From IMG/VR virus record IMGVR_UViG_3300005337_000001, positions 32,001 to 96,000 of that record: a stretch of 64,000 nucleotides of DNA. One strand, 5' to 3'. The DNA comes from a virus. The notes beneath the pieces were generated by a model. It saw only the letters and a list, made by a program, of their open reading frames with translations. It was not told the DNA's origin and made no database searches. Below are positions 35,137 through 44,874 of the stretch, one piece after another (positions within the stretch are counted from its first letter, which is position 1; each line of letters begins with the position of its first letter). Made by a program: the position numbers and the translations under genes.

Positions 35137-36162
35137 CTACTCTTTCTTCTTAACCACGGGTACGTACTTTGCAGCCTCGTTGGCGAAGTACTGCGCCGTC
35201 TTGGCCTTGCTCAAGTCGAGCTCGAATGCTTCCGGCTCCCAGCTGACAGCTGGGTCGAAGGCCGCCAACAAGTCTTCCCATTCACGCTTGGATAGACCGG
35301 CTTCCGTAGCTTCCGTCTCGAAGAGCTGTTGATTGCCTGAAACCAACCGAACAATACCCTCAGCTGGTGTGCACTTCGAGATGAAGTAGTTGTTCAGCAG
35401 CTTCATCTCCATGCGGCTGAACGTACGTGATTGGTACTTGTAGTCGACCCAGGCTTCGAAGGCCATTGGCGCCAGGATCTTGGCAATGGCGGCCTTGATG
35501 CGAGCCGTCTCTTGAATCTCCCACTGCGCGTGCTTGTCGACACGTAGCTTCAAGAAGTCGAGGCAGTTCTTCAGGTCGATCTTCCAGTACCACTCGGTGT
35601 AAAGCGAGAGCGGCAGGTGCATGCGCGCCAGCTCACGCGCTAGGTCCACTTCTTCCGCAATCATTGCCTCATACAGCTCAGCGGACTCACGCTGCAGACG
35701 CCGCGTGTTCAAGTCGAACACCTTCTGCGCCATCGCGCTGATGGGCTCGCCACGCCCCTGCTTGTTCTTCTTGCTCTGCGATCCCAGGTTCTCGGGCAGC
35801 GGGTTGTAGAACTGCATCGGTGCCAACGAGTACCTCATTGAGTACTCGTTCACGCTGGCGGTCCGGTGACGAATTAGCTGCCGCGCTACGAATATGGGTA
35901 GCTTCACGTGGAACTTCAGCTCCACCATCTCAAAAGGCGTGGTGTGGTTGTGGCGCATGAGGTAGCGCAGCACGCCCCGCGTCTCGCTGATCTTGCGCGT
36001 GCCGGCGCCATAGCTCACGCGCGCGGCCTGCTCGATGGCAAGGTCGTCGCCCATCGAATCCACCAAGGCAACGAAGCCGTGATCAAGCACGGGGAAATAC
36101 ATCCCCTTCAAACGGTCACGCAGCGGCAGCTGCTCTTCCATAGCTTCATTTAGGTCCGACAT
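35137..36162 (-). CDS. thyX: FAD-dependent thymidylate synthase
   Basis: AARVSY, H.TPFE, ARQLIRHR.AS.NEYS.RY, ARELAR..LP, L.LR...HAQWEI. Confidence 0.95.
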   Translation of the reverse strand: MSDLNEAMEEQLPLRDRLKGMYFPVLDHGFVALVDSMGDDLAIEQAARVSYGAGTRKISETRGVLRYLMRHNHTTPFEMVELKFHVKLPIFVARQLIRHRTASVNEYSMRYSLAPMQFYNPLPENLGSQSKKNKQGRGEPISAMAQKVFDLNTRRLQRESAELYEAMIAEEVDLARELARMHLPLSLYTEWYWKIDLKNCLDFLKLRVDKHAQWEIQETARIKAAIAKILAPMAFEAWVDYKYQSRTFSRMEMKLLNNYFISKCTPAEGIVRLVSGNQQLFETEATEAGLSKREWEDLLAAFDPAVSWEPEAFELDLSKAKTAQYFANEAAKYVPVVKKKE

Positions 36163-36514
36163 AGTCTTCGTTCTCCACTGGGTTGCCTGTGAAATAGATC
36201 TCGGTTGTGTTCCACTGCGATTCGAGAGAGCGCCACACTATTACGTAGCGCACCTTACCGTCGGGTCCGGGTGTGCCCTTCTCCGATACCATGACGAGCT
36301 TGCCTTCTTTTCTAGCTGGAGAGTGGGCCTGCTCGTCGCTGAGCGCCTCTTCCATCTCTTCGAGCAAGGCGCACTCGAGCGGAGCTCGTTGGTACGCCTC
36401 AGGCGGAGAGCCGCAAGTGCGGTCAGGGGTTGGTGACGTCCGACCGCACATCCTGCACACGAAGAGCGTCTTGCCACTCGGTGAAGTGGCGTAGAGCTCA
36501 ATCCAACGGCTCAT
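36146..36514 (-). CDS. Zn-finger hypothetical protein
   Basis: CRMCG...C...C; EEMEEAL. Confidence 0.65.
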   Translation of the reverse strand: MSRWIELYATSPSGKTLFVCRMCGRTSPTPDRTCGSPPEAYQRAPLECALLEEMEEALSDEQAHSPARKEGKLVMVSEKGTPGPDGKVRYVIVWRSLESQWNTTEIYFTGNPVENEDYVGPK

Positions 36515-36801
36515 GCGCCGGGTACGGGACCCGGCGCGGGGGCTTGCGTCGCTGTCATTTGAGCCATGACAGCGTCCGTGAACGCTTTGGACGCGCGCTC
36601 ACCGAGCAGCATGGGGTTGAACAGAACGACGTCGTAGAAGACGGCAACACGCGGGCCGGCAGGCTCATCATACTTACGCTTAAACTGGTCGATGCGATAA
36701 GCCTGCATGCCCTCATCGACGTGTGCGTTGAGCACGTCTTCGAGCTTCTCGGCTTCCACGCCGAGCAAGACCTTCCAAACCTTCTTCGTTTCTTCAGCCA
36801 T
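36511..36801 (-). CDS. hypothetical protein
   Basis: SD AGGA; tiled. Confidence 0.7.
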   Translation of the reverse strand: MAEETKKVWKVLLGVEAEKLEDVLNAHVDEGMQAYRIDQFKRKYDEPAGPRVAVFYDVVLFNPMLLGERASKAFTDAVMAQMTATQAPAPGPVPGA

Positions 36802-36809
36802 GTGCTTCC

Positions 36810-38015
36810 TTACTTCGACTTCTCTTCGATTTTCAAGAAGGTTCCTGCAGCCTGCTTCAACTGCATGCTTTCCGTAGCATCAGCCGTCTTCTCCGATAGG
36901 TGCGCCAGGATGGAAGCCGCCCACCACTTGGTAAGCAGGGGCTCGCCGTCGCTGCCAACGCCGGCCGAGGGGAGCTCTTGGATACGCTCCTTCATCATAT
37001 TTTCCACCGTGCCCATGTCCTTCTTGGACAAGAACTTGCTGAGGTGCTGCTTCATGTCGACCCAAGGCACCTTCTCGTCATGCGCAGCAGCTATGGCGTC
37101 AAGCACCTTCTTCACCTGCTCGGGCTTCATGACCTCGCGCACCGCGCTGATCGTGGCGGCAGCCACAGCCTCGAGCTCCTTCTTTGCCACCAGCTCGTCG
37201 AGCACTAGGTCCGTGTCTTCGACAACGGAGCCAAGATGCATGCGGCTGAAAGCGTCGTCGGTGACGAGGTTGCCCATGCCGTTCAGGCGCAGCACCGTGT
37301 GGCTGATCTTGAGCTTGCCCTGACCGAAGTCGCTATTGCTCCACGCTGTGCCAAGCGCCACGAATTCACCGGGGATGGGCTCGAAGGCGTAGGGCATGTA
37401 GCACTGCAGGTGCACCCGCATGTCTGTGATGGTGGCCTTGGCCGGCTCCACACCCACCGACTTGATGGCGGCCAGGAACGGCTGGAGCATGACATTGCTC
37501 AAGAGGTGGCGGTTGTAGCTCTGCGTGAGCACGGCGCGCAGCTCATCGTTCACGATGCGGTGCAGGAACTCAGCCGGCTTCTTCAACCGATTGATAAACT
37601 TCTGGTGCGAGAAGAGCTCGTTCAGGTTCTCCGCCAGGAGGCTGCGCTTCCACGCACCTTCGCTAGCTTCATCCAACTTACCGGCGTACTGACGAGGCAT
37701 CCCACCGTAGTCACAAAGCTGGCCTAGGGCGTGCCTGTGGATGCGGAGCGCTTCATGCCGACCTCCTCCCAAGTCGTAGTCGATGACGAGGGGACCGTTC
37801 TTCACCTCTTCGGTGGTGTTCATCTTGTCGGTGAACGGCGTGTCGAAGTGCATCTTACTGGGCGGTACGTACCGATCGCGCGGGATGTTCTTCGCACAGT
37901 ATTCGATGAGGCGCGTCTGCTCGTTCGCCCCCACTCGGATGTAAGCAAGCACACGGTCACGTGCTGCTTTGGATGCAGCAGTGTCCTTCAAATCGTAGTC
38001 GGCGGCTGTGGGCAC
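36810..38015 (-). CDS. DUF932-like protein
   Basis: HALGQLC...P..YA..L...LA.NLN...RAVL...Y; NSD.G.G.L; SD AAAGGAG before GTG. Confidence 0.6.
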   Translation of the reverse strand: MPTAADYDLKDTAASKAARDRVLAYIRVGANEQTRLIEYCAKNIPRDRYVPPSKMHFDTPFTDKMNTTEEVKNGPLVIDYDLGGGRHEALRIHRHALGQLCDYGGMPRQYAGKLDEASEGAWKRSLLAENLNELFSHQKFINRLKKPAEFLHRIVNDELRAVLTQSYNRHLLSNVMLQPFLAAIKSVGVEPAKATITDMRVHLQCYMPYAFEPIPGEFVALGTAWSNSDFGQGKLKISHTVLRLNGMGNLVTDDAFSRMHLGSVVEDTDLVLDELVAKKELEAVAAATISAVREVMKPEQVKKVLDAIAAAHDEKVPWVDMKQHLSKFLSKKDMGTVENMMKERIQELPSAGVGSDGEPLLTKWWAASILAHLSEKTADATESMQLKQAAGTFLKIEEKSK

Positions 38016-38030
38016 AGTCGCTCCTTTCTA

Positions 38031-38057
38031 ACGTAGGTCACCGCTTGCGCGGCTACG
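38031..38057 (-). terminator. GNRA-capped hairpin after sigma gene
   Basis: CGTAG-CCGC-GCAA-GCGG-TGAC-CTACG directly after the stop codon. Confidence 0.45.
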
Positions 38058-38819
38058 TCACATGTGTTTCTTGATTTTGGCTGCGATGGACGTCTTGAGC
38101 CGAGAGATCTTCGGCTGCGAATGTCCCAGCTGCGTAGCGAGTGTCGTCGTATCGGTGATGCGCTTCACCCCGTTGCCGTAAATGTGGTTGAACACCTGCG
38201 CCTCGTCGGGCGTCAGGTAGTCGTGTGGCGTGCGCTGCATGAGTCGGATGACGTCCGCCTCACGTGAAGTACCGAAGGCGCCTGGGTCCGTCTCGAACTT
38301 GCTGGACGGCACGTCGTTGCGCATCGCCTTCATCAAGCTCGTGACCTTGGCCGTAGGCATGTCCAGGCGCTCGCCGAGCTCGGCGTGCGTCGGGGCGCGC
38401 CCGAACTCCTCGGTCAGCTGGTTCTGCGCCTGCTGCAGCGGGCCAATGTTCTTGGCTTGTCCCTCGGGGATGTAGCCAACGTTCTGGTGCTTGGCGTTGA
38501 ATCGCTTGGCCTTTTGGATGCGGTTCTGCACGTGCGTGTTGAAAGCCACGCCGCGCTCGGGGTCGAATGTCTGCGCTGCACCGATAAAATGCTTCGTGAG
38601 CTCGGCCTTGAACGCAGCCGGTGCCACCGCCGGCGCGCGCCACTCCCGCTCCTTGCGGTTGATGAGCGGCTGATAGCGCTGCATCAATGGTTGCAGCAGC
38701 TCCGGCGTACGCCCGCCCTGATCCCAGGCATGCCAAAGCCGGAGGTCGCCTTCTGCCTTGTCGGCGGCAACCTTCGTCTTCAAGCTGAGGAAATCCTCAG
38801 CTGGATTCGTCTTGGGCAC
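38058..38819 (-). CDS. phage sigma70-family (FliA/WhiG/SigF-like) sigma factor
   Basis: region 2 FDPERGVAF.T; region 3 EFGRAPTHAELGERL; region 4 LA..LG.SQPKISRL. Confidence 0.85.
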   Translation of the reverse strand: MPKTNPAEDFLSLKTKVAADKAEGDLRLWHAWDQGGRTPELLQPLMQRYQPLINRKEREWRAPAVAPAAFKAELTKHFIGAAQTFDPERGVAFNTHVQNRIQKAKRFNAKHQNVGYIPEGQAKNIGPLQQAQNQLTEEFGRAPTHAELGERLDMPTAKVTSLMKAMRNDVPSSKFETDPGAFGTSREADVIRLMQRTPHDYLTPDEAQVFNHIYGNGVKRITDTTTLATQLGHSQPKISRLKTSIAAKIKKHM

Positions 38820-38824
38820 GGCGT

Positions 38825-39301
38825 TCAGAAGCGACCAGTGGCGCGACGCACGCGGTCGGCCAGCGTCGGGGCTGGGGCAGCTGCTTCCTTGGCTTTGCCT
38901 AGAAGCAGAGCGGAGTGAGTAGTGAAGCGCCCGGTCTTGGCGTGGTCGAAGAGCGCGTTCACAGCAGCGCCGTCTTGCCGCTCGGCGGCTGGCATCTTGG
39001 CGAACGCCTTGCCCAGCGCTCCCGTGCGATCCTTCTGGCTCTCGGCGTAGGTGGCATCGTTGTGGTGGTTGAGCTCACCCTTGGTCTCCACGCCCCAGCG
39101 CGAGTCTAGGTTCTGACCATCCTTGCGGTCCGGTGGGTCAGCGTACAAGTCCACTGCCGGTTTCTTCGGCGTGGCCTCGTTGTCATCCGGCTTGATACCA
39201 CCCTCCGCTTCTTTTTGAAGCCAAGCACCAAGCTCGCTCTGGTGAGCGGGACGGTAGTTGGCAGCCAAAATCTCGATGGGCTTATCGTCGGTTAGGGCCA
39301 T
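38825..39301 (-). CDS. putative virion head-associated protein (K-x-A motifs)
   Basis: WLQKEA, AKEAA. Confidence 0.65.
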   Translation of the reverse strand: MALTDDKPIEILAANYRPAHQSELGAWLQKEAEGGIKPDDNEATPKKPAVDLYADPPDRKDGQNLDSRWGVETKGELNHHNDATYAESQKDRTGALGKAFAKMPAAERQDGAAVNALFDHAKTGRFTTHSALLLGKAKEAAAPAPTLADRVRRATGRF

Positions 39302-39339
39302 TGATTCCTCACTGTGAATGATACACCACCTTTTCGTAG

Positions 39340-39750
39340 TTACCCACCTGCCTTGCGCCTACGCTTATACTGCTCACGTTCGAGCGCATTATCTTCGAGG
39401 TCGTCTTCGATACTTTGTAGTAGCCCACGAAGCCGCGCGTTCTCTGTTTCTTTCTCGGCGTTGAGTGCTTCCAGCTGGGTGCAGCGGCGCTGCGCCTGCT
39501 GGAGCGTCTCCATGGTCCTGTCGAGCTCGGCGCCGATGGCGTCCACTATTTCCTCGGCGAGCTCCCCGAAGATCTTGAAGCCGTCGAGCTTCTTGACCGC
39601 TTCATCCCACATGCGTGGGTCGGTGAACTCGCAGCGCAGCTTGATGATGCCGTGCTGCGTACCAGCGACTGTTTTACCAGCCTTGGTGGCGTCTTCCACC
39701 CGCAGCTGCAGGCCCGGCATTTCCTTCTTTACGTCGGCAGTGGTTCCCAT
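39340..39750 (-). CDS. coiled-coil hypothetical protein
   Basis: tiled ORF. Confidence 0.7.
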   Translation of the reverse strand: MGTTADVKKEMPGLQLRVEDATKAGKTVAGTQHGIIKLRCEFTDPRMWDEAVKKLDGFKIFGELAEEIVDAIGAELDRTMETLQQAQRRCTQLEALNAEKETENARLRGLLQSIEDDLEDNALEREQYKRRRKAGG

Positions 39751-40319
39751 GCGCGTCGACCCATTCCTTCATTTTGTGCCAGCAGCTCCTCGGCGAAGCG
39801 CAGCATGTCTTCGATATGAAACTTCGAGACGTGCGCAGCAAGCGCCAATCGCTTGCCGACACGAGTCAAAGTCACCTCGGGATTTTTCAGAGACTGACGC
39901 AAGATGACGCACGCCTCACAGACCAGCTTGAAGAGCTCAGCGTTCTGATGATTTGTATCGTGCTTGATTTGCTCAACACCACGAGGACGTGACGCCAGGT
40001 AGTAGTACTCGGTCACCTCCGCCAGTAAGTCATCGCGCACCTCGTTGGCCTGCTCGAGCACATAGTTCAAGCCCTCGCGTGAGCGCTCCCAGGAAAGCCA
40101 CTTCAAAGTTTGCGGATCTTTCACGAAGCGCCACACCATGAGCTCGATGCTATAGAAAGCGCGTAGGTGCTGAACGCTACGAGAGCTGCCACCGTGAGCA
40201 GCACGCTCTCCCATCTCTTCAAGCGGCTCGAGCCACAGCTCGTTCTGCACCAACGTCAAATCGTAGAGGTTCCGCACGGTGTTGAGATACGCGCGCGTCA
40301 CCGGGCATGTAGTGTCCAT
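39729..40319 (-). CDS. helical hypothetical protein
   Basis: SD GGAGG; downstream of promoter motif. Confidence 0.7.
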   Translation of the reverse strand: MDTTCPVTRAYLNTVRNLYDLTLVQNELWLEPLEEMGERAAHGGSSRSVQHLRAFYSIELMVWRFVKDPQTLKWLSWERSREGLNYVLEQANEVRDDLLAEVTEYYYLASRPRGVEQIKHDTNHQNAELFKLVCEACVILRQSLKNPEVTLTRVGKRLALAAHVSKFHIEDMLRFAEELLAQNEGMGRRAWEPLPT

Positions 40320-40325
40320 GCATCA

Positions 40326-40363
40326 CCTCCATGGGTCTTATCCCGGGGGTAGTGCAGGAGTTG
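40326..40363 (-). promoter_or_regulatory. phage promoter motif (CAAC-N18-ATAAGA-N5-GGAGG)
   Basis: near-exact motif at the 3' end of the 40338 gene. Confidence 0.55.
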
Positions 40364-41486
40364 CCAGCGGTGCGACGTGGTCGATCATGCGCTCGAGCCC
40401 GCGCTTCATCCCGTGGTACGCAAGCGAGGCCCCAGGCACGGGGATCGCGTTGCTAGCCAGGGTGCCGATAGGGTCCTGCGCTACGAGCTTGGCGCCGCTG
40501 GTAGCTACGTTCTTGAGCTTGCCTTCCGGCAGCTTGCTCAAGCCCTTGTTCGCCACGTTCATCACGGGCTGCGTCACCTTCTTACCCCACCAGCTCTCGA
40601 CGCCGTGCTGCAAACCTGCAAGCTCTTGCGGAGAGCGCCGCTTCATCAGCAGCCGCGGCGTCTGCGGAATGTCGGTGGCACCTAGGCGCACAAGCCTTTC
40701 CAGAAGCGCCTCCTTGGCAAGGCCAGCGACCTTCATCCCGTGCCCGAGCGACTGCCCAAGCAGACCTGGTACCGCGGCCATCGGGATCTGCGAGGCGTAC
40801 GAACCGTAAGCGCGCAGCAGTTGCGACTTGGCGCGGGCCACCTGTTCTTCGGTAGCCCCGTTGTCGCGCATGTGTTGGATTGCTTTGTAACTGGCAACAA
40901 TCTCAGGGATGTTGCTGATAGCATTCACGAGCATGGGGGCTGCGATCGAGGCCATGCTCAGGGCCTTTCCTCCATGACCGGCGCCAGCGAACATCCCAGC
41001 TGCGACTCCACCGACATTGGCGAGGGATGAAGCGTCGTCGCCATGCCGTTGCAGCAGCCTACCGATGGTGCTCTTGTCGAAGTCGCCGTGCCCTATCTCG
41101 TGCGCCAGCACGCCGGGCACATTGGCCTTCGGGTTCATGATGATGCTCGTTTTGTCGGCGCTTGGTTTGAACCCGAACTCTTTCTCAACGGCCTCGAGCA
41201 CCTCAGGCGGCGCACCTGGCAGCAAAGCCGCGCCGTGCTCCATCTTCGGCGTCTTGTGCACCTTGTACTCGGAGTTATCGACGATACGCTCCGTAAGCAA
41301 GCGGTCGTCTTTGCTGCGTCGACTCTTGCTGATGTGCTTGTCCATCGAGTTGATGGCCATGCTGTTCAACCCCAAGCTTGCACCACCAACGCCGAGGCCG
41401 ACCAGCAGCTTCAGAACCTGCGCCTTGGTGTCCGCGGGCATCTCCGCCAACGTCGCGCGCATGGAGTTTAACGCGCGTGACTCCAT
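40338..41486 (-). CDS. membrane-associated zincin metallopeptidase-like protein with K-x-A-delimited C-terminal module
   Basis: VLAHEIGH, distal E..AS; hydrophobic G/A-rich helices; MKVAGLAKEA. Confidence 0.7.
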   Translation of the reverse strand: MESRALNSMRATLAEMPADTKAQVLKLLVGLGVGGASLGLNSMAINSMDKHISKSRRSKDDRLLTERIVDNSEYKVHKTPKMEHGAALLPGAPPEVLEAVEKEFGFKPSADKTSIIMNPKANVPGVLAHEIGHGDFDKSTIGRLLQRHGDDASSLANVGGVAAGMFAGAGHGGKALSMASIAAPMLVNAISNIPEIVASYKAIQHMRDNGATEEQVARAKSQLLRAYGSYASQIPMAAVPGLLGQSLGHGMKVAGLAKEALLERLVRLGATDIPQTPRLLMKRRSPQELAGLQHGVESWWGKKVTQPVMNVANKGLSKLPEGKLKNVATSGAKLVAQDPIGTLASNAIPVPGASLAYHGMKRGLERMIDHVAPLATPALPPG

Positions 41487-42529
41487 CAGATCTGGTTCTT
41501 CTGCGCTCCGGGCATCGGCGTGCCGAAGCCCTTGGGTTTCGCCACATCGGCGATGCTAGGCCCAGAAAAGCCAGTGGTCTTCGGTCCTGCCACACGCTGT
41601 GTAGCGTTGAGACTCGCTGCCGGCGACATGGCACCCGTAGCCGCAGTCGATGAAGCTTCCTTGCCGAAGAGCCGCACGAGCGCACGCGCCGCCGACTCCT
41701 TGTTCTGGCCGGTCATGTAACCGGGGGCGTCGAGCGATTCATCGTGCCTTGTAGCCGACGTGCGCCTGAAGGGCGGGATGCCGCTCGTCATCTTGAACGC
41801 GCCGTACGAAAGTGGGCCCGAGTACTGCGACGTCGACATACCAGCACCGACGCCTACGCCAGCTGCTTTCACTGCCAGCGGTGGTCTCGTGAACGCAGGC
41901 AGCTGGCTGTGAGACTTCATCCCCGGTCCGTTCTGCGCCACGTTACCTGCGTAAGCTGAATTGGCGAACGCGTGCTTGATTCTGGCTAGTGCAGGGCCGG
42001 CCAGCATGCCGAGGCCGCCCACTTCAAGAGCAGCGTGCCCACCTTCGCCCATGAGCTGCCGCTTCTCCACGGCGTGCTCTGAGCGATCACCAGCGATACG
42101 AGCTCGAGCCAAGGCCTGCATCTTGTCGATCGAAGGCACAGCCAGGACGCCGAGGCCACCAATCTCATTCAGGTGCTCCAAGTGCGGTGTGGCGCCGGTC
42201 ATGAGGTTCTTCGCTGCGCCGGGCAGCGCCTTCATCGCCGTCGGCGCTTGACGCGCCACGTCCATGAGCCCGGCCTGCTTCACGATGAGCACGAGGGCCG
42301 ACGCGAGCTTGGGGCTATCGAGCCCACCAGGGTTGGCGCGCTGCTCGTCGTTCTTCGGCGTGTCGAACTTCGCCTTCGCAGTCGCCTTGCCTTCAGCCGT
42401 ACCAAAACTTTTGGGCGTGTGCCCCGTAGCGTGAGCCTGCTGTGTGGCAATGGCGAACGCCATGCCCTTCGGCATCGAAGGGTTCTTTGCGAGGATGTGC
42501 TCGGCTCGATTGTGGACCCACTCAGGCAT
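41486..42529 (-). CDS. putative virion protein, multiple K-x-A motifs
   Basis: KLA, KQA, KHA, KAA, KEA separating short modules. Confidence 0.65.
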   Translation of the reverse strand: MPEWVHNRAEHILAKNPSMPKGMAFAIATQQAHATGHTPKSFGTAEGKATAKAKFDTPKNDEQRANPGGLDSPKLASALVLIVKQAGLMDVARQAPTAMKALPGAAKNLMTGATPHLEHLNEIGGLGVLAVPSIDKMQALARARIAGDRSEHAVEKRQLMGEGGHAALEVGGLGMLAGPALARIKHAFANSAYAGNVAQNGPGMKSHSQLPAFTRPPLAVKAAGVGVGAGMSTSQYSGPLSYGAFKMTSGIPPFRRTSATRHDESLDAPGYMTGQNKESAARALVRLFGKEASSTAATGAMSPAASLNATQRVAGPKTTGFSGPSIADVAKPKGFGTPMPGAQKNQI

Positions 42530-43082
42530 TGGGACTCTCCTGCATGAACTTCCGCAGCGTACCCATCTCAGCGTGGCGGTCGCTGTGCGAGCGCAGCAGC
42601 GGCAGCGCGCCGCCGCCAATGGCGCCCTTCGCCGCAGCGGACACCAGGTTCAACGCCTTGGCTTTGGGCGTCGCCCCTTTGAGCGCGGTGCCGTGCTCAA
42701 TGGCGTTGCCGAGAGCACCAGCAGCGGCGCCGCCGAGCGCACCGATCCCGCCGTAGCGAGCGACCTGCCCCACGTTGGGCTTGTTCCGCTCGAGCGTGTC
42801 GAGCCGGTCGAGGCTGCGGCGCGCGGCGTCGGGGGAGACAGCGGCCGATTTCGCGAGCGCCAGAGCCTGGTCGGCCGTGACCGCGTTCAGGCGCAGGAGC
42901 TCGCGCGCGCAGGCGACCTTAACGGCCGGGTCGATTGCAGGCGCGCTGGACTTTTTCTTCTCCCACGGGAACGGCTCGTCGTGCGACGGCCGCTTGAACA
43001 TGAACATGTCGGCCAGCTTGCGCATCGACGTGCTGTACGCGCGCCCCAGCCCCTCCAGCTCATTCGGCTCGAGCAGATCCAT
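42522..43082 (-). CDS. putative virion protein with G/A-rich hydrophobic helices
   Basis: VKVA; GGIGALGGAAAGALG. Confidence 0.65.
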   Translation of the reverse strand: MDLLEPNELEGLGRAYSTSMRKLADMFMFKRPSHDEPFPWEKKKSSAPAIDPAVKVACARELLRLNAVTADQALALAKSAAVSPDAARRSLDRLDTLERNKPNVGQVARYGGIGALGGAAAGALGNAIEHGTALKGATPKAKALNLVSAAAKGAIGGGALPLLRSHSDRHAEMGTLRKFMQESPNA

Positions 43083-43858
43083 CAGTGGGCTCCCGCCGCC
43101 ATTGGGGGCGGCATCACGCTGTAGCCGGTGACGGGTTTGGCTACCGCCTTCGGTGCAAAGCCTGCAATGCGCCGTACCCTGTCAGCGACGTTGTGGGTGG
43201 CGTTGCCGACGACGTCGTGCGCCGCGTGCGCGGCGACGTGCCCGGCGCTGTGCAGGGCCTCGCCGACGGCAGGAGCCGCAGCAGAGGCGGCGCCCATGAC
43301 CTTGCCGCCGACGGCGCCGGCGAGCGACAGCGGCGCGTGCACGGCGCTGCCCAGGCCCGCGAGCCCAGCTACCTCGCCGGCCATCCCCATCGGCTTGGCA
43401 GCGCGCTGCAGGCCTTTACCGGCAGACTGCATAGCGCCGCCCAGGCCGCCGCCGACGTTGCCGCCGGCGCCGTGAAGCTCCTTACCCGCGCTGCGCGTCA
43501 GGCCCTCGGAGATACCACCGAGCGCGCCGCCGAGCGGGTTCATGAGGTTGCCGAGTGTGCTCTTGTGCGCGTAATGGTTACCAGCGGACTGCGCCACCTC
43601 ACTGGCGACGCGTGAGCCGATACCCGCCGGCGTGAACTTACCGACGCCAGTGAGCTTCTTGCTGCCGAGCATGGCTCCGCCGGCCATCAGGTCCTGGCCG
43701 AAGCGTTGGAACACGCCGGGCCCGCCCTTGAAGGGATTTGCGGCGCCGCCGGCTCCGAACAGCGCCACCTTCTCGAGCCCCGGCAACACACCGCCGTGCG
43801 CCGCTGCGATTTTCTGGAGCTCGTCGAGAAACGCTTGGTGAATGATCGATTCCATCAC
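43082..43858 (-). CDS. putative virion protein, G/A-rich
   Basis: AFLDELQKIA; LEKVA. Confidence 0.7.
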   Translation of the reverse strand: MMESIIHQAFLDELQKIAAAHGGVLPGLEKVALFGAGGAANPFKGGPGVFQRFGQDLMAGGAMLGSKKLTGVGKFTPAGIGSRVASEVAQSAGNHYAHKSTLGNLMNPLGGALGGISEGLTRSAGKELHGAGGNVGGGLGGAMQSAGKGLQRAAKPMGMAGEVAGLAGLGSAVHAPLSLAGAVGGKVMGAASAAAPAVGEALHSAGHVAAHAAHDVVGNATHNVADRVRRIAGFAPKAVAKPVTGYSVMPPPMAAGAH

Positions 43859-44874
43859 AGCCTCGTTGTGGCCCCAGTACCAGACGACGCCTGTGCCCCG
43901 TTGGTGGGTAGTGTAGTGGCACTGCCGCGCCCGTCTTCAGTTTTCTCGGAGCCAACGGTACCAGGATTAGTGCCGTCCATCGAAGGTACATCACCGCGCT
44001 TGCCAGGCTCTGGTTGTGCGTCACGGTCCACATACGGAGAAATCAGCGACGCCGTCGCGAGCTTCGTATGCTTGCGCTTCTCCTCGAGTTTGCGTTTGAG
44101 CTCGTCGACGGTGATGGTCGAGATGGGCCCGAGCAGCTTCGGCCCCACCTTGTTGTAGTGGTCGAGGTAGGCCCCACGCGCATCGTCCTTCGAATCGAAG
44201 CCGAGCATGACCTTATCCTCGTCGTGGCCACGCCCGTCGAGGTTGCGCTGGTGCACGACGAAAGCATGCGGCGCGCTCTTGTTCGGGCCGACGTAGGCGT
44301 CGATCTCCTCGCCGTCTTTGCCCTCAGTGTTCTTGATGTAGCCGTACGGGTGCTTGAAAATTGTGCGCCACTTCTTGCCGTCTTTGTCGATGCCCTTACG
44401 CACCGAGCCTCGATCGTTCTCGATGGCGAGCGACAAGCCCTGGTGCACTACATGCCCGTGTAGCTTGTGCTCCGTCTTCAGAGCGCCGTGCTCTTTAGCC
44501 GCACCTTTGTACAGGTCGCCGAAGCCAAGTCGCTTGAGCTCATCGCCACCAATGCTGGTCACACCATTCATCGTGCGCGTGCCGCTCACAGTTCGCAGCG
44601 GCGCCTTCTTCGCAATGCGCGCAGCGCCCTGCAACCCCTGCTTGCCGGTGTTGACCACCCAATCCTTGGTGCCAGGGATAGGCGTCTTCAACAGATCCAT
44701 GAGGCCTGCGTGCTTCTTGAAGAGCGTGCCTTCTTTGTCCTTCTTGAGCAGTGTCGACACGCTTAGTGAACGACGCCCGCTGCGCGCCTTAGAGATGGAG
44801 AGCCTACCCTTGGAGGCTGCAATCTTTTGCAACTCATCCAAGAAACTCTCGAGGAGAGCGAGGTCTGTGGCCAT
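43855..44874 (-). CDS. InPase (inorganic pyrophosphatase-like) domain virion protein
   Basis: I.IEN..GS.R.G.D..G..W......YGYI..T.G.DG...D.YVGP...FVVHQ...DEDKVMLGF; N-terminal FLDELQKIA. Confidence 0.8.
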   Translation of the reverse strand: MATDLALLESFLDELQKIAASKGRLSISKARSGRRSLSVSTLLKKDKEGTLFKKHAGLMDLLKTPIPGTKDWVVNTGKQGLQGAARIAKKAPLRTVSGTRTMNGVTSIGGDELKRLGFGDLYKGAAKEHGALKTEHKLHGHVVHQGLSLAIENDRGSVRKGIDKDGKKWRTIFKHPYGYIKNTEGKDGEEIDAYVGPNKSAPHAFVVHQRNLDGRGHDEDKVMLGFDSKDDARGAYLDHYNKVGPKLLGPISTITVDELKRKLEEKRKHTKLATASLISPYVDRDAQPEPGKRGDVPSMDGTNPGTVGSEKTEDGRGSATTLPTNGAQASSGTGATTRL

